Below, piece after piece: positions 7,861 through 15,641 of a stretch of 32,000 bases of DNA. The stretch's first letter is position 1. Every line of letters begins with the position of its first letter. The stretch comes from Methanothermus fervidus DSM 2088. Its GTDB lineage: Archaea; Methanobacteriota; Methanobacteria; DSM-2088; Methanothermaceae. Where the stretch lies: the NCBI GenBank assembly GCA_000166095.1, contig CP002278.1, forward strand, positions 270,001-302,000, read 5' to 3'. The notes under the pieces were generated by a model, which saw only the letters and a program-made list of their open reading frames with translations, was not told the DNA's origin and made no database searches. The translations under genes were made by a program, and so were the position numbers.

Positions 7861-9035
7861 AATTTTTTTAAATCGATATTAACGTCTTTATCTTCAATAT
7901 TTCTCTTACCTACAGCCTGAATGTGAGATGTTGATTTACTTCCTAGAAAAAATTCACCACTTCCTTTTGTGAGTTCTTTTGCTCGTGCTTTTGCACTCGT
8001 TTCAATTTTATCTTTTTTCATCTCTTCTTTTGCTCTTTCTACTACTTTACTTATTTGATTTTTTCCAAGCTTTCTTCCTAAAATTCTTTCTTCTAAAACA
8101 AGAGAAATTGCTTCTTTTATATCATCTATATTAACTTCTTTTCTTCCATTATATGCTGCAATTGTTTTAGATGTTTTAAGTATAGCTATGTCTGCTCTGT
8201 GACCATCTACACCAGCATTTAAACATACTCTAGCTATTAATTCCATTAATTCTTGAGATATTTCAACTTTGTCTAACAACTTTCGTGCTTTAAGGATTCT
8301 TTTTCTTAATTTTTCTTGTTTGTCCTTAAATTCTTCTCTAAATCCAATAGGATCTCTTTCAAATCTTTCTCTACGTTCCATGATTTTTACTCTGTCTTTA
8401 ATGTCAGTAATACTTTTGGCAGTGATATGAAGTCCAATCCTATCAGCAAGCTGGGGTCTGAGCTCTCCTTCTGCTGGATTCATTGTTCCAACCAAAATAA
8501 ATCTTGAAGGATGAGAAATTGATATCCCTTCTCTTTCAACACGATTTATTCCATATGCAGCTGCATCTAACAGGACATCAACCAAATGATCATCTAAAAG
8601 GTTTATTTCATCAACATAAAGTATATTTCTGTTGGCTTCTGCTAATAATCCTGGTTCTAAAGCTTTAATACCTTCATTTAACGCTTTTTTTATATCAAGT
8701 GTTCCTACTACTCTATCTTCTGTAGCTCCCAGTGGGAGCTCCACAACTTTCATTTTCTTTTTCTCAACTTTTATTTTATCTCTTGATTTACAAAGAGGAC
8801 ACATGTTTGTTTTGTCATCAGGGTCACAATTGAAAGGACAGCCTTTTACAACTTTTATTGATGGCAAAAGATCTGCCAGTGCCCTAACAGCTGTAGTTTT
8901 GCCTGTACCTTTATCTCCTTTTATCAGCACTCCACCAATACTAGGATTTATAGCATTAAGTATAAGTGATTTCTTTATTTTCTCTTGGCCTACTATAGCT
9001 GTAAAAGGAAAAGTAAAATTATCCAACGGACTCAC
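7857..9035 (-). CDS. ChlI/BchI-like AAA+ ATPase (chelatase subunit I family) with a Cys4 insert and a Lys/Glu-rich C-terminal tail
   Basis: [13 protein letters not shown], Walker [10 protein letters not shown], Walker [33 protein letters not shown], and a [17 protein letters not shown] cluster. The start may be GTG 9035 (embedded in AGGTGA) or TTG 9026. Confidence 0.85.
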   Translation of the reverse strand: MSPLDNFTFPFTAIVGQEKIKKSLILNAINPSIGGVLIKGDKGTGKTTAVRALADLLPSIKVVKGCPFNCDPDDKTNMCPLCKSRDKIKVEKKKMKVVELPLGATEDRVVGTLDIKKALNEGIKALEPGLLAEANRNILYVDEINLLDDHLVDVLLDAAAYGINRVEREGISISHPSRFILVGTMNPAEGELRPQLADRIGLHITAKSITDIKDRVKIMERRERFERDPIGFREEFKDKQEKLRKRILKARKLLDKVEISQELMELIARVCLNAGVDGHRADIAILKTSKTIAAYNGRKEVNIDDIKEAISLVLEERILGRKLGKNQISKVVERAKEEMKKDKIETSAKARAKELTKGSGEFFLGSKSTSHIQAVGKRNIEDKDVNIDLKKF

Positions 9036-9128
9036 CTATTAATAAAGTTTTCTATTTAAGAATTTATGTAACATAGTAGATATAATTTACTACGCTAAGA
9101 AAAATTAAACTAAAATTATGATTTTTTT

Positions 9129-10190
9129 CTATCCTTCCAACTCCTCTAATTTTTCTGGTAGATATGTATCAACTACATATTCTAACCCATATTTAGAAAA
9201 AGACTGTTGTTCAGCTTTTTTCTTGATTTTTAACATCTTTTTAATTTCTCTTCTCCAAAATTCATCTTTATATCGTGGATCTCTTAATAATTCCTTTAGT
9301 CTAATTATATCAACTTCTTCTAGAGGATCTGTAGGTAAATCATAATTTATAATATCTGTTGCAGTTACACCTAAAAATTTAGCATTTGGAGTAGCTAACT
9401 CATGATTTACATGTGCTAACTTTGCACTACCGGAAATTATGACCATAGCTATGTGAAATCCCCATGGATCTCCATCATTGCATATGTAAACAGGCAATTT
9501 CAACTCTTCGTTTAATCTTTTTAAAAATCTTCTTGTTGCTCTTGCAGCTTGTCCTTTCAACCCAACTATTAAACAATCAAACTTTTTGTGAGCTTTTTCT
9601 TGGACCAATCGATGATACATACCCATAGTTTCTACTGCTATTACTCTTTCAACATCGTGGTCAACAAATTCTATTTCATCAACTGTCGGCGGTATTGTGT
9701 ATCCAGATTTACCAGCCTTCATAGCATCTATTTCTATATCACCTTCTCTAACTGTTAATTTACCATATACTGATGCCCCATCCTCTTCAGGTAATAAACC
9801 TAAATCTTCTCTTGTTACACCAAGTACTATTTCTAAATCCTCACTAATATTATTGGATTCTTGCTGATCATTAAAATCTACATCCCATCCTTCTGATACA
9901 TAATACATTTCCCTAAGCGTAGCTGTTTTACCTTTTTTAATTAATTCTTTACAGAAATTTGCAACATACAACATCTGACCAATTTTTCTTAACTGTTTAA
10001 CATTTCCCAATGACCTAACCCCATATTTGTCGCCAAGAACATAATGACGTTTATTATCATCATAAATAATATTAGAAGTGCTTCTTGAAGGTACTTTTAT
10101 TTTAGGTATTTTCTTGTTTTGAATATCTGTAATTATTCTTTTGCCAAGATTTTTGAGCTTCTTTAAAGTCTTTACTTTCCTATTTTTCAT
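9129..10190 (-). CDS. top6A: DNA topoisomerase VI subunit A (Spo11-like)
   Basis: Toprim motif [11 protein letters not shown], plus [16 protein letters not shown] followed by 5 nt precedes ATG 10190, so I prefer it over the ORF-track start at 10220. It overlaps the top6B end by 11 nt. Confidence 0.9.
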   Translation of the reverse strand: MKNRKVKTLKKLKNLGKRIITDIQNKKIPKIKVPSRSTSNIIYDDNKRHYVLGDKYGVRSLGNVKQLRKIGQMLYVANFCKELIKKGKTATLREMYYVSEGWDVDFNDQQESNNISEDLEIVLGVTREDLGLLPEEDGASVYGKLTVREGDIEIDAMKAGKSGYTIPPTVDEIEFVDHDVERVIAVETMGMYHRLVQEKAHKKFDCLIVGLKGQAARATRRFLKRLNEELKLPVYICNDGDPWGFHIAMVIISGSAKLAHVNHELATPNAKFLGVTATDIINYDLPTDPLEEVDIIRLKELLRDPRYKDEFWRREIKKMLKIKKKAEQQSFSKYGLEYVVDTYLPEKLEELEG

Positions 10191-11745
10191 TAATTTCACC
10201 TGGAATGTTTCTTTTCTCAACTATTTTCTTTAAAAAATTGTTATAATTTGGAGTGCTAGTTTCAGCAAGCTTTGCAGCCTCTTTAATTATTATAGGTATG
10301 TATTTCTTGAATAATCTATATTTTTGTAATTCTTCTCTGGCAATTGCTTTAGACCTTAAATATCTACGAAGTTTTCTAGCAACGTCCATAACTGCCTGCC
10401 TAACCTCATGTAATATTTCAGGTTCTGGTGCTATACTTTGTTTACCTGTAGATAAATATGGAACATTTGTTGAAACTATGTTGACAAAAACTGAAATTGG
10501 TGAATTTTCAAAATCCCTAACACCGTATCTCTTCCAGTCGATGCTCTTAACAGCTTCAGTTATTGCACAACTTCCTTGATCAAAAGTTAAGGGAACTCTA
10601 TTTGCGAATCGTATTATTTCAGATTTTCTTTGATCTCCTACTTTTCTGCCCGCATTGCCACCATATGCTATGGCAGCTTCCGTTATAAATGGTATTCCTC
10701 CTTTGTATGTTGCAGGTTTTCTTGTTGTGGATGCAACAAACTCAGGATTTAACATTTTCTTCATGCTTTTCTCTATTTGTGATTCTCCAATAGGTATTAA
10801 ACCAGAAGTTGGTGGTGACATGAAATCCATTTTTTTGAAAGCATTGACAATTTCTTCGGCTTCATCCCATTTTAAATCTTTAGGTCTTTTATCTAAATCA
10901 ACATTTACAAGTTTTTCAAGTTCTTTAATTTTATTTTGAGACATCCTAGATAAAGAAGCCATTAAAAAGGTTTTAATTTTTCGTCTATTACTGTGTTTGG
11001 CCATATACAACAGATCATCGGCTGTTATTCCTTTAGGATGTGGTGGAATTTCTTTTGGTAGCGGTGGAATTTTCGTAGATGCTCGTTTAAATTTGTAAAT
11101 TTTTCCTCTAGGATCTTTAAATGTTATTTGAGCGTGAGGATTTCCTATCATGGTTCTTCTTATATACTCAAAAGCTCCCTGCTCTGACCTAGAATAAGTT
11201 ACATCTTTTAAATGTAACTCAACAAATACACCAGTACCATCAGGATCTACTTCATTTTTCTCAAGAATAACACCTTCATTTTTCTTTTCATCTAATTGTA
11301 AAAGCATTTCAACGCCTTTAATTTCTCCATCTTCTTTATATTTTGATATAACCCTCACTGGCTTCCCAGTTGTCATTTGTGAGAATAAAACACATCCACT
11401 ACATCCTAATCCTTGTTGGCCTCTTGATTGTATATTCCTAAATTTTGATCCAGCAAACATTTTGCAAAACACTTTTGGAACATAATCTTCTGGGATTCCT
11501 GGACCATTATCTTGATGACGTAATACATAATAATCTTTATCAATCCTTTCCAATTCTATTTCTATGTTTGGAAGTATACCTGCCTCTTCAGCAGCATCTA
11601 AACTATTAGTTATTAATTCATGAAATACCATTGTAAGAGACCTTATTTTTCCAGAAAAACCCAACATTTGTCTATTTTTACGGAAAAATTCTGATGGCGT
11701 GAGTTCTTTGAACTCTTTGAATAAATCGGAAGCTTGTTTTTCCAA
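10180..11745 (-). CDS. top6B: DNA topoisomerase VI subunit B (GHKL ATPase)
   Basis: Bergerat-fold boxes ELITNSLDA and DNGPGI, plus GQQGLG. 521 aa, lying directly upstream of top6A. Confidence 0.9.
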   Translation of the reverse strand: MEKQASDLFKEFKELTPSEFFRKNRQMLGFSGKIRSLTMVFHELITNSLDAAEEAGILPNIEIELERIDKDYYVLRHQDNGPGIPEDYVPKVFCKMFAGSKFRNIQSRGQQGLGCSGCVLFSQMTTGKPVRVISKYKEDGEIKGVEMLLQLDEKKNEGVILEKNEVDPDGTGVFVELHLKDVTYSRSEQGAFEYIRRTMIGNPHAQITFKDPRGKIYKFKRASTKIPPLPKEIPPHPKGITADDLLYMAKHSNRRKIKTFLMASLSRMSQNKIKELEKLVNVDLDKRPKDLKWDEAEEIVNAFKKMDFMSPPTSGLIPIGESQIEKSMKKMLNPEFVASTTRKPATYKGGIPFITEAAIAYGGNAGRKVGDQRKSEIIRFANRVPLTFDQGSCAITEAVKSIDWKRYGVRDFENSPISVFVNIVSTNVPYLSTGKQSIAPEPEILHEVRQAVMDVARKLRRYLRSKAIAREELQKYRLFKKYIPIIIKEAAKLAETSTPNYNNFLKKIVEKRNIPGEINEK

Positions 11746-11773
11746 GATGAACCCCCTTTTAATTTATTGAATA

Positions 11774-12340
11774 TTATTTTATCCCAAAGGTTTCTTTGAA
11801 TCTTTTTACTTTCATTTCTTGTTGCTTCTTTTCTAAAAATCTATAAACAGTGCCGTGTTTTGCACCCTCTAATAACATTTCAACAGCTTCTCTTGCTATT
11901 CTAATTTCTTCTAAGTCTCCAATTAATGCCACAGTTTTTCCATACACTGAAATATTTGCTCCAGTCATGTTCTCAATTATTTGTCTTGTTTTCCCATCTT
12001 TTCCAATTATACGACCTTTTTGTCTTCTTATGGCCTTTTTGGATCTACCTACATAATCAGATATATCAATCACATCAAGCATGACATCTTCATTAAGTAA
12101 TCTTAAAGCAACTTCTGGACTAAATCCCCTACCTATAGCTCTAACAATGTCTCTAGCTTTTAACACATACATAGGATCTATACTTTCTGATTTAGGAATT
12201 ATTGTAACCATTCCACTTTCACTATCAATTTCTAGTTTTGTTTGTGTAGAATTTTCAATGTGTTTTTTAGTACTTCCATTTTTGCCTATCAACACTCCTA
12301 TTCTTTCCCTAGGAATCCTAATGTACTCTTCTGTTACCAC
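11774..12340 (-). CDS. KH-domain RNA-binding protein (archaeal Dim2/Pno1-like)
   Basis: Two KH GxxG loops (VLIGKNGSTKKHIE and RIIGKDGKTRQIIE). GTG start with GGAGGT SD. It sits in the conserved position after rio1. Confidence 0.8.
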   Translation of the reverse strand: MVTEEYIRIPRERIGVLIGKNGSTKKHIENSTQTKLEIDSESGMVTIIPKSESIDPMYVLKARDIVRAIGRGFSPEVALRLLNEDVMLDVIDISDYVGRSKKAIRRQKGRIIGKDGKTRQIIENMTGANISVYGKTVALIGDLEEIRIAREAVEMLLEGAKHGTVYRFLEKKQQEMKVKRFKETFGIK

Positions 12341-12353
12341 AAACTTACCTCCA

Positions 12354-13118
12354 CTAATCTAAAATCATATTTTTTACTTCATCAAAAGAAGTTTTGACAC
12401 CTAGCTTTCTAAAGTCATTAACTATATTGTGGATATCTCTATTTAGCAATTCCATTGATAAAGGATGATCAACTACAACAGCTTGTGACAAATCAATTAT
12501 AACAGGTTCACCATCTAAATTTAATATATTAAATGTTGAAAAATCACCATGAACAAGTTTTGCATCATTATATAATCTTTTATAATATAATATAATTTTT
12601 TCAAAAGTTTTATCAGGGTCATCAGGAGGTAATTCCCTAAGTGTGGGTGCAGGATTTCCATATTTGTCTCCAATAAATTCCATAACTAAAACATTATTTC
12701 TTGAGGTGATGGGTTTTGGTACTCTAACTTTTGCTTTGTATGCTCTTTTAAGATTGGAATATTCCTTTTTAACCCACGTGTATACAATTTGTCTCCTATT
12801 TGACATCCTTACATCAAATCTAGGGTCTCCTAAAATATAATTCTCCATTTTTCTAAAATCAGAGGTTGCAATCCTGTAAATTTTAACTGCAACGATGTCA
12901 CTATTGACAAAACCTTTAAACACGTTTGCCTCTTTTCCTGTACTAATTACTCCATTGAGTACCTCAATGTATCCTTTGTTAGCAATTTTATACAATGTTT
13001 GCAATGTTTGTTGATCAAATACTTCACTAGCTATCTTTCTTTCTTCACTATCTTTTAATATTTTACGTGATCTGATTTTTTCCAATGCTTCATCAATTTT
13101 GTCAATTTTCTTAGGCAT
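12354..13118 (-). CDS. rio1: RIO-type serine/threonine kinase Rio1
   Basis: ISTGKEANVF nucleotide loop, LVHGDFSTFNIL catalytic loop and IDLSQAV. 254 aa without an N-terminal wHTH, which favours Rio1 over Rio2. Confidence 0.88.
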   Translation of the reverse strand: MPKKIDKIDEALEKIRSRKILKDSEERKIASEVFDQQTLQTLYKIANKGYIEVLNGVISTGKEANVFKGFVNSDIVAVKIYRIATSDFRKMENYILGDPRFDVRMSNRRQIVYTWVKKEYSNLKRAYKAKVRVPKPITSRNNVLVMEFIGDKYGNPAPTLRELPPDDPDKTFEKIILYYKRLYNDAKLVHGDFSTFNILNLDGEPVIIDLSQAVVVDHPLSMELLNRDIHNIVNDFRKLGVKTSFDEVKNMILD

Positions 13119-13123
13119 TTAAA

Positions 13124-13429
13124 TCATCCTAGATCCTTAAGATATCCTCTTCTTTCTAGCCAATTAGCTTCTGTTCTTGTATATCTCCATACAACATCTG
13201 CCCTTTCATCTTTCTGGAACTCCCATGGCTTCACAAGTACAATGTCACCTTCTCTTATCCACACTCTTTTTTTCATTTTCCCAGGTATTCTTGTCAATCG
13301 CACTTTTCCATCTTCACACCTTACCATAAGTTTCCCATGACCTAATATTTGTTCAACTACACCAGCCATTTCTCCTTTTTTAGGTATTCTTACACGTCTC
13401 ACTTCTTCATTTTTTCCTTTCCTCGACAC
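13124..13429 (-). CDS. eif1a: Translation initiation factor aIF-1A
   Basis: 101-aa S1/OB-fold pattern: GEMAGVVEQILGHGKLMVRCEDGKVRLTRIPGKMKKRVWIREGDIVLV. GTG start with GGGAGGAG SD. Confidence 0.9.
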   Translation of the reverse strand: MSRKGKNEEVRRVRIPKKGEMAGVVEQILGHGKLMVRCEDGKVRLTRIPGKMKKRVWIREGDIVLVKPWEFQKDERADVVWRYTRTEANWLERRGYLKDLG

Positions 13430-13662
13430 ATTACTCCTCCCTCACATTGATTTAACAAATAATTTTATCTTTTATTTTTTATGTTTGTCCTTATATCTAA
13501 AATTTTCGTCGGTATTTTTTACATAAAATTATTTTAGCCTTAATTTGCCTCTACATAAAATATTATAGTTAGAATAGCATATTGATGCTTCTTGAAAAAA
13601 TTATTTAAAGTTGATTTGACCTGATTTAATGTTAGAAAATTAAATGTAAAGGTGAAAAAATC
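13430..13662. promoter_or_regulatory. Divergent promoter region between the aIF1A operon (-) and moeA (+)
   Basis: This is the longest non-coding gap in the window (233 nt). It is AT-rich with several TATA-like elements, including two copies of TACATAAAAT. I could recognise no structured RNA. Confidence 0.35.
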
Positions 13663-14880
13663 GTGACATCTGAATATCTTCAGACTGTAGAATTAGACAA
13701 GGCAAAAAAAATTGTTGAGGAGCTTTTCACAAATTTTTACACTACTAAAATTGAAAAAATTAACATAGAACGTGCTCACGGGAGAGTATTGGCAGAGAAT
13801 GTATATTCACCTATTGATCTTCCACCATTTGATAGAGCTACACGGGATGGATTCGCTGTAAAAGCTAGTGATACATTTGGTGCAAATGAAGAAAATCCAG
13901 TTAAATTAAAATGTATTGAAAATATTGAAGCTGGTTACATTCCAAAAAATACAATTACTGAAGGACATTGTGCTAGAATAAGTACGGGGGCGTTAATACC
14001 ATCAGGATCTGATGCTGTAGTAATGGTAGAATTCACTGAGAAAAAAAACAACGATATATTAATTTATAAAAGCGTTTATCCAGGCCAATATATCGCAAAA
14101 AAGGGATCTGATATCAAAAAAGGAGAATTACTCCTCAAAAAAAATACAATATTATCTCCAGATAAAATAGGGGCTTTGAGTGCTGTTGGGATTAAAGAAA
14201 TACCTGTGTATTCAAAGCCAAAAATTGCAGTAATATCCACAGGAAATGAGTTAATAGAATTATCTGAAAATCTTAAAAAAGGAAAAATTTTTGATGTTAA
14301 TAGTTATAGTATAGCAGCTTCTATAGAAGAATGTGGTGCAAAAGCAATCAATCTTGGAATTGTTAAGGATAATTATGAGGATATAAAAAACATGATATTA
14401 AAAGGATTAAAGGTTGCAGACATAGTTGTAATTTCTGGAGGCACATCTGCAGGAAAAGGTGATATCGTAGCAGAGGTAATTGATGATATGGGGGAAGTGA
14501 TATTACATGGTATTGCGATGAAGCCCGGTAAACCAACTATAATTGGTAAGATAAATTCTAAAATCATAATAGGGTTACCAGGATATCCAGTATCTGCATT
14601 AATTGTTTTTAGAGTGTTAATAGCACCTATCCTCTGTAAAATAACAAAAGCTTTTAAATTGAAAGAAAAAATTGTCAGGTTGCCTATTTCACAAAGATTT
14701 CATTCTACTAGGGGAAGATTAGAATTTGCTTTAGTCAGTATAGAAAACAATAAAGCAGTTCCAATATTAAAAGATTCAGGTGCTATAGCATCATTGGCAA
14801 TGTCTGATGGATATATAGAAATTCCTAAAAATGTGGAAATTATAGAAAAAAATGAAAAAGTGGAAGTAAAAATATTCTAA
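13663..14880 (+). CDS. moeA: Molybdopterin molybdenumtransferase MoeA
   Basis: PPFDRATRDGFAV, ISTGNEL, GGTSAGKGD, MKPGKP and LPGYPVSA. GTG start with AAGGTGA SD. Confidence 0.88.
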   Translation: MTSEYLQTVELDKAKKIVEELFTNFYTTKIEKINIERAHGRVLAENVYSPIDLPPFDRATRDGFAVKASDTFGANEENPVKLKCIENIEAGYIPKNTITEGHCARISTGALIPSGSDAVVMVEFTEKKNNDILIYKSVYPGQYIAKKGSDIKKGELLLKKNTILSPDKIGALSAVGIKEIPVYSKPKIAVISTGNELIELSENLKKGKIFDVNSYSIAASIEECGAKAINLGIVKDNYEDIKNMILKGLKVADIVVISGGTSAGKGDIVAEVIDDMGEVILHGIAMKPGKPTIIGKINSKIIIGLPGYPVSALIVFRVLIAPILCKITKAFKLKEKIVRLPISQRFHSTRGRLEFALVSIENNKAVPILKDSGAIASLAMSDGYIEIPKNVEIIEKNEKVEVKIF

Positions 14881-15641
14881 TTATATACGTTAGCTAAGAT
14901 TCTTTCAATTTCTTCTAAACTCTTGCAGACCACTTTATTTTTTAGCTTTTTTATTACAGGTCTTTTGACTATTATAACTTTGGTATCGAGTTCTAATGCA
15001 GCATCTACTTTATTTTTTAATCCACCTTCTTTACCACTGTCTTTTGTGATAATGGCTTCTGCTTCATATTCTTCTATTAATGCCATATTTAATTTTTTTG
15101 AGAATACTCCATACATTGCAATAATGTTTTTTGGAGGAATTCCCAATTTTAGACATTTTTTGATAGAATCTGGCCATGGCAATACTCTAACTACAAGTTT
15201 ATTATTATCTAAATATTTAACAATTTTAGGCAATGTAGACACGCCAGCTAAATGCATTACTTTCCCATCAATTTTCGCTGCAATTTCACCCGCCTCATCA
15301 AATGAATCTACATATATTACATTAGGATGTTTATAATTAATAGAAGGCCTTTCAAAACGTATGTATCTAATTCCTGTTTTTTCACATGCATCTATTGCAT
15401 TTTTAGTCGCTTCTTTAGCAAAGGGATGAGTAGCATCAATTAAAACTTTAACATCTTTTTTATTAATTAATTCAACTAAATCGTCTTTGTCTAGCGGCCT
15501 ACTTATTACTTCATCTGCACCAGAATTTTTTGCTAGATTGGCACCATAATTTGTAGTCGTCGTTGCAACAATTTTAAATTTATTTTTTAGCCTTTTTATT
15601 ATTTTATTGCCATTAACGGTTCCACTCATTACTAATATCAT
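14877..15641 (-). CDS. cbiJ: Cobalt-precorrin-6A reductase (CbiJ/CobK)
   Basis: 254 aa with N-terminal ILVMSGTVNG, HPFA and ITKDSGKEGGLKNKVDAALELDTKVIIVKRP, which match the CbiJ family pattern. Confidence 0.78.
   Translation of the reverse strand: MILVMSGTVNGNKIIKRLKNKFKIVATTTTNYGANLAKNSGADEVISRPLDKDDLVELINKKDVKVLIDATHPFAKEATKNAIDACEKTGIRYIRFERPSINYKHPNVIYVDSFDEAGEIAAKIDGKVMHLAGVSTLPKIVKYLDNNKLVVRVLPWPDSIKKCLKLGIPPKNIIAMYGVFSKKLNMALIEEYEAEAIITKDSGKEGGLKNKVDAALELDTKVIIVKRPVIKKLKNKVVCKSLEEIERILANVYN

Noticed and set aside
8632-9042. 136-aa plus-strand ORF opposite the ChlI-like gene. Similar antisense ORFs occur at 2227..2695, 3935..4210, 10253..10939, 14923..15336, 17492..17962, 20089..20520 and 22354..22710.
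   Set aside because: All are antisense to genes with strong family motifs, lack SD sequences, and have Ser/Phe/Ile-rich compositions typical of shadow ORFs.
13481-13537. 18-codon hydrophobic micro-ORF (MFVLISKIFVGIFYIKLF) in the aIF1A/moeA spacer
   Set aside because: It has no SD, sits in AT-rich promoter DNA, and its composition is as expected by chance from T-rich sequence.
13583-13624. Possible C/D-box sRNA in the 233-nt intergenic region (TGATGC ... CTGA)
   Set aside because: The C-like box is imperfect (UGAUGC). The internal D'/C' candidates (UUGA, UGAUUUGA) are degenerate and mis-spaced, with a 3-nt rather than a roughly 12-nt guide. There is no terminal stem or kink-turn pairing. It is more likely promoter or leader sequence for moeA.
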